Below, in pieces: positions 28,810 through 38,523 of a stretch of DNA of 64,000 nt. Origin of the DNA: Polyangiaceae bacterium (GTDB lineage: Bacteria > Myxococcota_A > Polyangia > Polyangiales > Polyangiaceae). Both the position numbers and the translations under genes were made by a program. The stretch covers positions 1-64,000 of the forward strand of contig JBILLK010000018.1 of NCBI GenBank assembly GCA_044376115.1, in the 5' to 3' direction. The stretch's first letter is position 1. Each line of letters starts with the position of its first letter. Below the pieces are notes generated by a model. The model saw nothing but the letters and a program-made list of their open reading frames with translations, was not told the origin of the DNA and did no database searches.

Positions 28810-30066
28810 TCACTCAGGGTGATTGGCGGGGAGCTTCGGCTTGAGGTTGCGCGGGTTGGGAGTGACGCCCGGAGCCCGGCCGTCACCCGCATTCTTGCGC
28901 GTCAATGCGCGGTGGTTCGTCTCCAGGATGCGCGAGTGGAGCGTGATCAGGTTCACGATCTTCGCCGGCGTCACGTCCTTCGCGTCCTTCTCGGACAGCT
29001 GCTTGGCTTGCTCGAGGAACCCCGTGCTCTGCGGAGGCAACAACGTCGCCCAAGGATCCTTCTTGTCCTTGTTGTCCTCGCCGTATTTTTTGAGAGCGGC
29101 GCTGGAGGCCTCAACGGCAGTCACGGCGGCCTTGGCCTTGGCTAGATCTCCCGCAGCGAAGGCAGCCACCACCGCGTTGGAGTCAGCGACGACCTTGTCG
29201 GCCAGCTTCTGACCTTCTTCATTGTCCGACTTGTTGACCGGGTTGGCATCCTCCCACGTCTCCGTGGCGGACTTCAGCTTAGCGAGTTGGGCGTCCAGCT
29301 TGCCGAAGCCCTCGGTGATCGTCTTGTGAAGCTCTTTACCTTTGGCAAAGCCATCGTCTTTCTGCGTGCCCTTTTGGTAGTAGGCGTTGGCATCCTGAAG
29401 GGCCTTGGACAAGGGTAGCGCGTAGTCAGCGAACTCCTTCACTGCAGCGTCAAACTCGGGCGCGCTCGGCTCTTTGAGACCGGCTGCGACGTTGCACGAG
29501 CGAATGAAGCGCTCGTAGGGAAGCGACCTGAAGTTCTGTGCCAACTTCGGATCCGGAGCAGGCCGCAACCCAGCGCTGCCCGAGGCGCCCGGTGTCGCTG
29601 CGACGGCACTTGGCGCCGCCGCCGGCTTGGCCGACCCAGCAGTCTTGGCTGCCGTGGTTGGAGCGGGCTTGGTGGGGGCCTTTGCGCTTGGAGCGGCGCT
29701 TGCGGCAGGAGCCGCGCTTGCGCTGCCAGCAGGAGCAGGAGCTTCTTTGGTCGGCGGGGCCGCAACAGCGTCTAGACCGAACTCCGGGATCTTGCCTTCA
29801 CCGGGCTCGCCACCAGCAAGACTCCCGTTGTACGCAGCACGAGCCTGAACGAGGGACAGCGCGCCGAAGTAGCAAGCGTCGGCGCGGTAAGTCTTCATCA
29901 CGAGAGGGTCAATTCGCTTTGGAGCGACAGCTGAGGGAGCCTTCTTCGGCGCAGCGGCTGAGCCAGACGCCTCGGGCGTTGCCTCGGGGTTACCACCGCA
30001 TGCCAGAAGCCCCAAACCGAGAACCAGAGCACAGGAAGACAAGATGGACTGCGAAAAAAAGCGCAT
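28810..30066 (-). CDS. DUF3829/YiiG-like lipoprotein
   Basis: LLAC lipobox; Ala/Pro linker; AYYQKGTQKDDGFAKGKELH matches the DUF3829 YY...KDD.FAKGK.LH signature. Confidence 0.75.
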   Translation of the reverse strand: MRFFSQSILSSCALVLGLGLLACGGNPEATPEASGSAAAPKKAPSAVAPKRIDPLVMKTYRADACYFGALSLVQARAAYNGSLAGGEPGEGKIPEFGLDAVAAPPTKEAPAPAGSASAAPAASAAPSAKAPTKPAPTTAAKTAGSAKPAAAPSAVAATPGASGSAGLRPAPDPKLAQNFRSLPYERFIRSCNVAAGLKEPSAPEFDAAVKEFADYALPLSKALQDANAYYQKGTQKDDGFAKGKELHKTITEGFGKLDAQLAKLKSATETWEDANPVNKSDNEEGQKLADKVVADSNAVVAAFAAGDLAKAKAAVTAVEASSAALKKYGEDNKDKKDPWATLLPPQSTGFLEQAKQLSEKDAKDVTPAKIVNLITLHSRILETNHRALTRKNAGDGRAPGVTPNPRNLKPKLPANHPE

Positions 30067-30192
30067 GTTCCTCTCCTAATGTTTCAAACGCGCGGCATCA
30101 AAAGCACGAACGCAGGTAGCGCGCAAGGACTCGGATCGTTGTTCGATAGTTCACATCTTGGGATTGGCCTTGCTACACTGGGCCTCCGTTTG

Positions 30193-31431
30193 ATGACTCA
30201 GGGGTTTGCTACCCGTCGCTTTCCAGACGCGCCAGCGCTGTCTCCTGACAACCCAGGGAGGCTTGCTGCTGCGACGTTGGGGTTCCTGCCTGGTGCGCTA
30301 CCGGGCCGCGATGCCGTTCCCAACGGTGGTGCAGCAAAACAGGAGGCGGCGCTCGCGCGCTCAACCCTTCCCGCAAATGCGGCGGCGATGTCCTCGCTGT
30401 TCAACGGGCTTCCGTTTGGCGGAGCCGGGCCAGCCCCGCTTCCTGCTCCGCCCGCACCATCTGCTCCGTTTGCTGAAGCGAATGCAGCGTCTCTGCAGGA
30501 GCCTGTCGCTGTCGTTGCGCCTCCGCCCGTCATTGCGCCTCCGCCCGTCGTTGCGCCTCCGCCCGTCGTTACACCACCTGCGGTTGTGGCGCCTGCGCCC
30601 GTCGTTACACCACCTGCGGTTGTGGCGCCTGCGCCCGTCGTTACACCGCCTGCGGTTGTAGCGCCTCCGCCCGTCGTTGCACCGCCGATGGTTGCTGACC
30701 TGGTCGGCCCGGGGCCACAGCTTTCGGCGCCGCCGATCTTCTCACCAGCCCCTGCAGCAGTGCTGCCCGTGGCTGAGCAACCCAAGCCTGCGCCTGCCTT
30801 CGCCGGGGCTGCAGATCCGAACGCCGCGTTGGTTGAGGCGCGTCCAACCGCTGGGCTCGGGCCAACGGGGACGATAGCGCCGAACGCCGGCTTGATCGCG
30901 AATCATGTCCCAGCGTTCCTGGCCGCCGCCGGGGTAGAAGGTGCGGGCCAGCCGAACGGGGCGCCGGTACCAGCGCCGGGTGAAGGTCACAGCCCGTGGC
31001 TCAAAGAGGTCGGCGCCGTGTCGCTTCCGGTTCCCGAGTATCGACCGGAGCCTGAGCCCAAGCCCGAACCCAAGCGTGCGGAACCGAAAGGAGCAAGCGG
31101 GAACGGCTTGCTCATCGGAGTCGCGGTGATCGTGATTCTGGGCTTGGCTGGAGCCGCATTTGCGTTTCGGCAAAAGTTGGCAGGAGCGTTCGGCGGGCCC
31201 GAAGCGTCGGATAAGCCAATCCAGCTTGACGCTCCCACCGCTGACAAGCGACCGGCTCAGCCGGTCTCCACCTCACCGACCACGACGGCCGAACCGACCG
31301 CCTCTGCGTCGGCTACAGCGACGGCTGTTCAGCGACCGCAACCGTTGCCCGTTACGCAACCGACGCCAGGAACAGGCGCAAAGCCCCCAGTGCAAAAGCA
31401 CGAGCCGAAGTTCACGCCAACCGAGCTCTGA
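30193..31431 (+). CDS. Pro/Ala-rich single-pass membrane protein
   Basis: Low-complexity ORF with VVxPPx repeats, TM helix LLIGVAVIVILGLAGAAFAF and a Thr/Pro-rich tail. Confidence 0.65.
   Translation: MTQGFATRRFPDAPALSPDNPGRLAAATLGFLPGALPGRDAVPNGGAAKQEAALARSTLPANAAAMSSLFNGLPFGGAGPAPLPAPPAPSAPFAEANAASLQEPVAVVAPPPVIAPPPVVAPPPVVTPPAVVAPAPVVTPPAVVAPAPVVTPPAVVAPPPVVAPPMVADLVGPGPQLSAPPIFSPAPAAVLPVAEQPKPAPAFAGAADPNAALVEARPTAGLGPTGTIAPNAGLIANHVPAFLAAAGVEGAGQPNGAPVPAPGEGHSPWLKEVGAVSLPVPEYRPEPEPKPEPKRAEPKGASGNGLLIGVAVIVILGLAGAAFAFRQKLAGAFGGPEASDKPIQLDAPTADKRPAQPVSTSPTTTAEPTASASATATAVQRPQPLPVTQPTPGTGAKPPVQKHEPKFTPTEL
30511..30690. repeat. Ten 18-bp units encoding V(V/I)(A/T)P(P/A)x, with a 36-bp higher-order repeat
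   Basis: gtcgttgcgcctccgccc-type units; the gtcgttacaccacctgcg/gttgtggcgcctgcgccc dimer occurs about three times. Confidence 0.9.
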
Positions 31432-31513
31432 GCTCGACAACAAAGTCTGCTGCTTCAGACTTTGTATGGAAGTCGAGCATTGGCTCGGCTTGTGACATGC
31501 TCTTGGGACTCGC

Positions 31514-32302
31514 TTGTTAGACCGATTAGCTTTCTCAAAGGTGACGTTGGTGGACGAGGACTCGTTCTCCCACGTTGGGCTGTATGCCGATCTCAAAGAG
31601 GTAGCGCGTACGAGCGACCTCGCGTTCTACGTGCCAAGTCCGCGCGGCGCACCAGCCGCGCAACGAACCTTGCTGCTGAATCTGCTGTTCTGGGAACCGG
31701 GGACCAGCGACGTCCTCGCTGATGACATGATGCCCGCCGACGTGTTGATGCACGTGGTTTGGCATCATCTCGGCGCGCAATTCCTACCTCGCGGTGGGCT
31801 ATGTGATCTCTTGGTCGAGTCCATCGCCAGCGCATTCGATCTGTACTTGGTTGGTCGGCTGCTCGGGATGCGCCCTGACTCCGACTTCTTGAGTTCACAA
31901 GTCCCACGCATGGCTGAGGCCGCAGAGGACGCGGGCGTAAGTGAAGAGGACTTCGAACGCTTGCTTGCGCGTACGGCGGAAGAGCCAGAGCTTGCGTTCG
32001 AGCAAACGCGGCAGCTGCTATTCGATGCCAGCCGCGCGCTCGTCTCCGTGAGTTCTCCGCGTGAAGCCGACGAACTGCTGCAGAGCTTCGAGCGGCGACC
32101 GTTTGGCCCGTTGCTCCACCACTACGAGTGGGCAACCTGGGTCCTTCGAACGCGGCTCGACGGACCGTCGCCCAACGACGAAAAGGCGATCGAACTGGAT
32201 CGCGAACTGCGAGAGTTGCCGCGTTCTCTCGATTGGTTGGAAAAACATTGGGTGCAACGGACGCTCGCGCGCCTGCACAACTCAAACCTCGGAGCGCCAT
32301 GA
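31514..32302 (+). CDS. Hypothetical protein with HxxxH...E zincin-like pattern
   Basis: LMHVVWHH followed by ESIASAFD, and LLHHYE near the C-terminus; ATGA overlap with the next gene. Confidence 0.6.
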   Translation: MLDRLAFSKVTLVDEDSFSHVGLYADLKEVARTSDLAFYVPSPRGAPAAQRTLLLNLLFWEPGTSDVLADDMMPADVLMHVVWHHLGAQFLPRGGLCDLLVESIASAFDLYLVGRLLGMRPDSDFLSSQVPRMAEAAEDAGVSEEDFERLLARTAEEPELAFEQTRQLLFDASRALVSVSSPREADELLQSFERRPFGPLLHHYEWATWVLRTRLDGPSPNDEKAIELDRELRELPRSLDWLEKHWVQRTLARLHNSNLGAP

Positions 32303-33861
32303 CGAAGTCGGACAAGGACGTTCAAAAGACAGAGGAAGAGTCGGTTCCGCTCAGCACACGCGATGTCGAGCTCGAACCGATGAGCCTGCGCGACATCGAG
32401 ATGATCCTCGCCCCAGGCAAAGCACCGCCACCGCTCGGCAACCGACCGCCGCCTGCCAAATCGGGCGGCGCCCGCCTCGAGCTTCCCAAGCCGGCACGGC
32501 TTGCCGAGGCGGACAAAGCCAAGACCCCCGCAGAACGGCCAGCAAGACCAGCGGGCGTATTCGACCGGAAGCCGGCGCAACGCGACCGTGAGGACTCTGC
32601 CACCATCGACCTCGATGCGCTGGTGGGCGGAAAGAAGGCCTCCGCCCCGCCGCCGCTCGCGACCAATCTTGACGTGGTGATTGCGCCGCGCGAGCCGCGC
32701 GTTCCGAAACCTCCGCCGCGAGCGCCATTAAAAAATCGTGCGAGCGTGCCAGACGACGGACCGACCGCATTGACCAAAGAAGGCGCGTCTCCCAGCGAGC
32801 CCGACGCGAAGGCGGCAGAGACGAAGACGGTGACTACCGATGCCGCCGCGAGCGCTGAAGCGCCGCTAGAGCCGAAGCCTGCGGCGCTTACGAGTTCGGG
32901 CCCGCAGGCGCGCGAGGACTTCGTCGTCGACCAGCCCGTGGAGACGGAGGCAGCAGCCACCGCACCGAGCACGCCGCCGCCGAGCACACCGCCAGTCGAG
33001 TCGGCGCCTCCCGCACGCCCCGTACTCAAAGCCGCGCCGAAGCCGCCCCGAAAGGTTCGAACCGCTGAAGACGAACCGAGCGACAAGGCGACCGACAAGG
33101 CGACCGACGAACAACCGCCCAAATCGCGACGCTCAAACAGGCCGCGCAGCTCTGTAGCGGCCAAGAGTGTACAGCCGCGTGCTCGCGAATCGGCTCCGCC
33201 GGCGACCGAGCAACAGTCTCGTCCGACGGCCCTCTATGCGGCGATCGGCCTGTTGGCGGCGGGCGGCGTGCTGTATGCAGCGACCCGTTCGGATGAGACG
33301 CCGAAGGCCCCAGCGGTTGCGACGGCCAGCCCAACGAGCACCGCAACAGCAACCCAAGCTGCGTCGGTTGTGACTCCGATGCCCAGTGAGCCGAGCGCGG
33401 AACCCATCACAAGCGTCGCGACGACTGCGACGAGCAGCCCATCGACGGAGCCACTCAAGACGGCGACGGGCACCCTACCCGGCCTGCCACCCAGCACGGC
33501 CACGGCTGCTTCCACCGAACCGAAGCCCGACCCGACCGCCACCCAACCGAAACCAACGGCAACCGTAGCGGCTACCACCGCGCCCGCCGGCGCGCCTTTC
33601 GACCAGGGTGCGGCAAAGGCTGCGCTCGGCGGCGCGATGGGCCAAGCCACCGGCTGTAAAGCAGCTGGGGACCCGAGCGGCGTGGCGCGCGTCTCGGTCA
33701 CCTTCGCGCCCTCGGGTCGCGTTACCCAAGCGATGGTGCAAGGGCCGCCCTTTGCCGGAACCGCCACCGGCGGCTGCATCGCAAGGGCATTCAAGTCGGC
33801 TTCGGTGCCGCCCTTCTCAGGCGATCCGGTCACGGTGCAAAAGACCGTCAACATGCCCTGA
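32299..33861 (+). CDS. Pro-rich membrane protein with C-terminal TonB_C-like (AgmX/PglI-type) domain
   Basis: Disordered N-terminus, one TM, Thr/Pro stalk; C-terminal C...GVARVSVTFAPSGRV...GGCIARAF...PPF with a Cys pair. Confidence 0.75.
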   Translation: MTKSDKDVQKTEEESVPLSTRDVELEPMSLRDIEMILAPGKAPPPLGNRPPPAKSGGARLELPKPARLAEADKAKTPAERPARPAGVFDRKPAQRDREDSATIDLDALVGGKKASAPPPLATNLDVVIAPREPRVPKPPPRAPLKNRASVPDDGPTALTKEGASPSEPDAKAAETKTVTTDAAASAEAPLEPKPAALTSSGPQAREDFVVDQPVETEAAATAPSTPPPSTPPVESAPPARPVLKAAPKPPRKVRTAEDEPSDKATDKATDEQPPKSRRSNRPRSSVAAKSVQPRARESAPPATEQQSRPTALYAAIGLLAAGGVLYAATRSDETPKAPAVATASPTSTATATQAASVVTPMPSEPSAEPITSVATTATSSPSTEPLKTATGTLPGLPPSTATAASTEPKPDPTATQPKPTATVAATTAPAGAPFDQGAAKAALGGAMGQATGCKAAGDPSGVARVSVTFAPSGRVTQAMVQGPPFAGTATGGCIARAFKSASVPPFSGDPVTVQKTVNMP

Positions 33862-33937
33862 GGGCGGTTCTGTTCACTACGTCCGCCCTCGGCGGAACTT
33901 CGGTCGTGCGCGGGCAAGGCTGTACTAAGCTCCGCGC

Positions 33938-35734
33938 GTGCTCACCGCGCTACGCGTAAAGAACTTCATCCTGATGGACGAACTCGAGCTAACGCTCGAG
34001 CCAGGACTCAACATTCTCACCGGCGAGACTGGCGCTGGTAAGTCGATCGTGATCGGGGCGCTGAATCTCGTGCTGGGCGCGCGAGCGAGTGGAGATCAGG
34101 TGCGGCCCGGCGCAGATGAGGCCGAGATCGAGGCGCTTTTCGATTTGTCCGACACGGACCCTCTGCGCGCAAAGAACGTAGGCCGATTGATCTCCGCCGG
34201 CCTCGTGCCCAACGGCGAACTCGTGATCCGCCGGGTGATCGCTTCGACCGGTCGCTCGCGCGCCTACCTCAACGGGCGGCTTTGCACCACCAGCGAACTC
34301 ACCGCGCTCGCTCACGACCTCGCGGATGTCGCTTCCCAACACGAGAGCGTCGCCCTCACCGATCCTTCCACCCATCTCGGGCACCTCGATCAATTCGCGA
34401 AGCTCGAACAAGCCCGCGCGGCCCTGGCAGAGGAGGTCGCAGAACTCGAGGCCATCCTCGGAACGATCGAAGAGCTCTCCTCGCGAGATCGTTCACGCAG
34501 CGAGCGTGAGGCCTTCGTGCGCTTTCAGTTGACCCAGATCGGCGAGGTGGCACCGCAGCCGAACGAACACGCGGAGCTATCGACCGAACGCCGACGGCTG
34601 CGACATCACGAGAAGCTCAGCACACTGGTGACCCGCGCAACCGAGAGGCTCGAGGCGGAGGACGGCCTCTGCGACCAGTTGGCGCGCGTCGCCTCCGACT
34701 TGCGTGCTGCAGCCGAGCTCGACGACACACTGGAGCCACTCGCGAAGACGCTCGACATGTGCTGGGCCGAACTCAGGGACGCGGCTGGGCGCGCGACTCG
34801 TTACCGCGAAGCGCAAGAACACGAACCCAACCGGCTGTCGGAGATTGAAGAGCGCCTCTACCGCATCGAAGGTTTACTGCGGCAGTTTGGGCCGACTGAA
34901 GCGGACGTGCTCGCAACGCAAACGCGCTTGTCTCGCGAGCTCTCCGATTTCGAGAGCTCGGAATCTCGGCTCTCGGAGGAACGCGAGAATCTCAGCACGC
35001 GGTTGCCAGCGGTGGAGGAGCGCGCCGTGCGGCTTTCCAAGGAGCGCAAGCGGGCCGCGGAGAAGCTGGGCGTAGCGATCAGCAGCGAGCTGGCGGAGCT
35101 CGGCATGGGCGGAGCTCGGGTATCGGTCGAGGTTGAGGCATTGCCTCCGAGAGAGAGCACCCATGCACTGTCCGTTGGCGGTGCGCGGCTATCGCGCGAC
35201 GGCATCGACCGCGTTGAATTCTTGATCGCGCCCAACAAAGGCATCGATCCAAAACCGCTGCGCAAGATCGCCTCTGGCGGCGAGCTCTCGCGAGCTCTCT
35301 TGGCGTTGAAGCGGGTCCTCGCGGAGAGCGGGCCCGCTGGCCTGTACGTGTTCGATGAGGTCGACGCTGGCGTCGGTGGCGCGGTTGCTGAGCGGATTGG
35401 TTCTGCCATCGCGGACGTCGCTAAACACCATCAGGTCCTGTGCATCACGCATCTCGCGCCGATCGCGATGTTTGCCGACGCACACTTCGTCGTGCGCAAG
35501 AACGACCAGTCGGGCGTGATGAAGAGCTCGGTGGTGCGCGTCCGTGAACGCGAGCAGGTGCATGAACTCGCGCGGATGATCGCCGGAGCCAAGATCACAC
35601 CCGCCGCTGAACAAGCCGCTAAGGAGATGCTCGACGAGGCGCAAGCGAGGCGCTCTGGCGCACAGAAAACGCGTCCGCGAGCCGCGGAAGCGCCAGCGGC
35701 GGAGCGGCCTGCAAAAAAAAAGGCGCTCAAGTAG
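33938..35734 (+). CDS. recN: DNA repair protein RecN
   Basis: TGETGAGKS, SQH, coiled coil, ASGGELSR, FDEVDAG, CITHLAPIA, ELARM. Confidence 0.97.
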   Translation: MLTALRVKNFILMDELELTLEPGLNILTGETGAGKSIVIGALNLVLGARASGDQVRPGADEAEIEALFDLSDTDPLRAKNVGRLISAGLVPNGELVIRRVIASTGRSRAYLNGRLCTTSELTALAHDLADVASQHESVALTDPSTHLGHLDQFAKLEQARAALAEEVAELEAILGTIEELSSRDRSRSEREAFVRFQLTQIGEVAPQPNEHAELSTERRRLRHHEKLSTLVTRATERLEAEDGLCDQLARVASDLRAAAELDDTLEPLAKTLDMCWAELRDAAGRATRYREAQEHEPNRLSEIEERLYRIEGLLRQFGPTEADVLATQTRLSRELSDFESSESRLSEERENLSTRLPAVEERAVRLSKERKRAAEKLGVAISSELAELGMGGARVSVEVEALPPRESTHALSVGGARLSRDGIDRVEFLIAPNKGIDPKPLRKIASGGELSRALLALKRVLAESGPAGLYVFDEVDAGVGGAVAERIGSAIADVAKHHQVLCITHLAPIAMFADAHFVVRKNDQSGVMKSSVVRVREREQVHELARMIAGAKITPAAEQAAKEMLDEAQARRSGAQKTRPRAAEAPAAERPAKKKALK

Positions 35735-35841
35735 GCGAGCGAATTGTGGGAAAGAGTGGACCGGCTCGGTATCATCGAGGGCTCGCCACGGTGTCATCCT
35801 CGGGTGGCACAACCAACGCGGCGCCCACGTCGAGGGAGTCC

Positions 35842-36405
35842 ATGAACCTGCGTCCTTCACTAGCCGCGTTGCTCCTTGTTGGCTGCGCCAAGGGCTTTTC
35901 CCCTAGCTACGACGACTCCAATGAGGGCGCGAACGACAGCAACGGTGGGGCTGGTGGCGACGGCGGCATCGCCGCAAACGGCGGCGGGCCTTCCAATGGC
36001 GGCGGCCCTTCCAATGGCGGCGGGCCTTCCAATGGCGGCGGCCCTTCCAATGGCGGCGGCCCTTCCAACGGCGGTGGTCCTTCCAATGGCGGTGGCCCTT
36101 CCAATGGCGGTGGCCCTTCCAACGGGGGTGGCGGGGAAGGCGGCAGCGGCGGAGCACCAGGCTTTTGTGGTGACGTGACCTGCGAGGCGGCGATCGGAGA
36201 AACCTGTTCGTCGTGCCCAGCCGACTGCGGCGCGTGTCCTGGGCAGTGCACTCACGACTCTTGCACCCCGGGAACGCCGCTCGATCCAAGCTGCAGTCAG
36301 GCGGCCCTCTTAGCGTGCACCATCTACATGGACACCGAGTGCTGCACCGTGGCGTGGGACAGCTTCTGTGCGGACGTCTATGGGGTCATCGCGGACTGCA
36401 TGTAA
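35842..36405 (+). CDS. Small Gly-rich/Cys-rich lipoprotein
   Basis: GAGGGAG RBS, LVGC lipobox, (NGGGPS)8 linker, 14 further Cys including DxxCCxxxWDxxC. Confidence 0.8.
   Translation: MNLRPSLAALLLVGCAKGFSPSYDDSNEGANDSNGGAGGDGGIAANGGGPSNGGGPSNGGGPSNGGGPSNGGGPSNGGGPSNGGGPSNGGGPSNGGGGEGGSGGAPGFCGDVTCEAAIGETCSSCPADCGACPGQCTHDSCTPGTPLDPSCSQAALLACTIYMDTECCTVAWDSFCADVYGVIADCM
35977..36120. repeat. Eight 18-bp tandem repeats encoding NGGGPS
   Basis: aa(c/t)ggcgg(c/t)gg(c/g/t)ccttcc repeated eight times. Confidence 0.95.
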
Positions 36406-36429
36406 GCCGGCGCAACGCGGCAAGCCAGC

Positions 36430-37668
36430 TCAACGCGGCAGCCTGGCTGGCCGGCCAAAGAAGTAGCCCTGGAGCCAGTTGCAACCCAAGCTGACGAGCA
36501 CGTCGCGCTCAGCCTGGGTCTCTACACCCTCCCCTACGACCGTGGTGCCGATGTCGCGACAGACGTCGATCAGCGAAGCCACCAACTTACGCTTCACCGA
36601 GTCCTGATCGACATCGCGAACCAGCGTCAGATCCAGCTTGACGATATCGGGCCGCAGCTCGGCAAAGCTCGTGAGCCCTGCGTAACCAGCACCAAGATCG
36701 TCGAGCGCGATACGAAACCCCATGGCCCGAAGCCTCGCCATCCGGCGCTTGACCTCGGCGACGTCGGAGAGCGCCGCGCGCTCGGTGATCTCGAGCACGA
36801 CCCGCCCCGCATGAGGAGCGAGCGGGCTATCTGTGGCGAGCAGCGAATCATCGAGCAGATCCGAAGCGTGGAGGTTCACGAACACGTCCACATCCGAACT
36901 CAGGGCCCCTACGTCTCTGCCGACGCACTCACGCACAGTCCGGCCCAAGACCGACATCTGCTCGAGCGCTTCGGCCAGGTCGAGGATCGCGCCTGCAGTG
37001 GCTGCATTTGGATCGTCACTGCGCACCAACGCTTCGAACGCCCGCACCCGCCCCTCAGGCGAGACGATGGGCTGATAGACCATGAAGAGCGCGCGTAGAA
37101 CGCCGTTGAAGTCGGCCCCGAGCAAGCGGAAGTCGTTCTGCTGCGTCGGAGGATCGGAAGCGGCCAGCAACACAGCGCTACGAGCCCGGGCCGTGTTGCA
37201 TTGAACCACCGCCTTCTCGATAGCGATGGTGATGCGCTCATCACTCAGGGGCTTCAGCAGATACTGAAACGCGCCGTGCTCGACCGCCTGAGCCGCGGTC
37301 GCGACATCGGGAGCCCCAGTCATCAGCAGCACTGGCAGATCGGCGTCGTGCTCACGGGCGTATCGCAACAGCTCAATCCCGGAAAGCTCCGGCAGAAAGA
37401 CCTCGGCCAAGACCGCATCGAACCGCTCGGTGGCGAGTCGCTGACTTGCGTGAACGCCGTCGTGAGCCGCGTGCACGCTGAACCCCGCGCTGGCGAGCGC
37501 CGCGCCGATCCCCGAACCCTCCGCTTCGACCAGGAGCACACGGCCGCGCGAGGGCGCGGGAGCCGACGCGTCATCACGCAAGAATTGAGCGCGAAGCTCC
37601 GGATCGTCCACCAGGACCGATCCCGTCGCCGTCACCTCAGACAGCGGCGTCTCTTCTCGACGATCCAC
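36430..37668 (-). CDS. Receiver-EAL protein (putative c-di-GMP phosphodiesterase)
   Basis: REC-like N-terminus (LMTG, LLKP); YQPIV, FEALVR, VNL, EITE, DDLGAGY, IVKLD, EGVET, LQGY. Confidence 0.9.
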   Translation of the reverse strand: MDRREETPLSEVTATGSVLVDDPELRAQFLRDDASAPAPSRGRVLLVEAEGSGIGAALASAGFSVHAAHDGVHASQRLATERFDAVLAEVFLPELSGIELLRYAREHDADLPVLLMTGAPDVATAAQAVEHGAFQYLLKPLSDERITIAIEKAVVQCNTARARSAVLLAASDPPTQQNDFRLLGADFNGVLRALFMVYQPIVSPEGRVRAFEALVRSDDPNAATAGAILDLAEALEQMSVLGRTVRECVGRDVGALSSDVDVFVNLHASDLLDDSLLATDSPLAPHAGRVVLEITERAALSDVAEVKRRMARLRAMGFRIALDDLGAGYAGLTSFAELRPDIVKLDLTLVRDVDQDSVKRKLVASLIDVCRDIGTTVVGEGVETQAERDVLVSLGCNWLQGYFFGRPARLPR

Positions 37669-37719
37669 GGTTCACATGTTCGCCGTCCCGAGAGCGAATC
37701 GCAACGACGAAGATGCGCA

Positions 37720-38523
37720 TCAACCGCTGAGCAACGCTGCAGCGAGGTGTTCCTCGCTGTTCTTCAGCGGCCGGGAGCGTTTGGTCAACACCTCGCAGCC
37801 TGTCTTGGTCACGACGATGGTGTGCTCAAACTGAGCGGAGAGCGAGCCGTCCAGGGTCACAGCGGTCCATTTATCGGCCAAAACCTCCACCTCGTAACCG
37901 CCGATATTGATCATGGGTTCGATCGTGAAGACCATGCCTGCTTTGAGTCGAAGGCCGGTTCCGCGCTTACCAACGTGGGAGACCTGGGGCGCCTCATGAA
38001 ACGTGCGGCCGATACCGTGACCCACAAAAGCCCTTACAACCGAGCAGTTTTGGCCTTGGGCATACCCTTGAATAGCCGCCCCGATGTCGCCGAGCTTAGC
38101 GCCTTCACGCACCTCTTGGATCGCTAGGTCGAGGGACTTGCGGCAGACCTCAGTCACGTGACGCGCTTCATCCGAGACTTCACCGACGAAAAAAGTCGCC
38201 GACGTATCGCCGAAAAAGCCATCAAAAATGGTGGTCACATCAACGTTGATGATGTCCCCGTTCTTGAGCACCTGCGGCCCCGGAATGCCGTGACAAACCA
38301 CCTCGTTGACCGAGGTGCACACGCTCTTGGGGAAGCCGTGGTAGTTCAGCGGAGCCGGAAACCCGCCTCGTTTCAACGTGTCTTCGTGGACGAAGGTGTT
38401 GATGTCCTCGGTGGTGATTCCCGGACGAATCATGTCTCCTACGAGAATGAGCGTCTCTGCGGCCATTTGGCTTGCTGCGCGAATTCCAGCGACTTCGCGC
38501 ACGGTCTTGATGCTCACGGTCAT
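37720..38523 (-). CDS. map: Type I methionine aminopeptidase
   Basis: FPKSVCTSVNEVVCHGIP, DVT, GDTS, GHGIG..FHE, TIEPM, SAQFEHT. Confidence 0.97.
   Translation of the reverse strand: MTVSIKTVREVAGIRAASQMAAETLILVGDMIRPGITTEDINTFVHEDTLKRGGFPAPLNYHGFPKSVCTSVNEVVCHGIPGPQVLKNGDIINVDVTTIFDGFFGDTSATFFVGEVSDEARHVTEVCRKSLDLAIQEVREGAKLGDIGAAIQGYAQGQNCSVVRAFVGHGIGRTFHEAPQVSHVGKRGTGLRLKAGMVFTIEPMINIGGYEVEVLADKWTAVTLDGSLSAQFEHTIVVTKTGCEVLTKRSRPLKNSEEHLAAALLSG

Noticed and set aside
35713..35721. A9 tract at the end of recN as a frameshift site
   Set aside because: Encodes a poly-Lys tail a few codons before the stop; there is no useful alternative frame.
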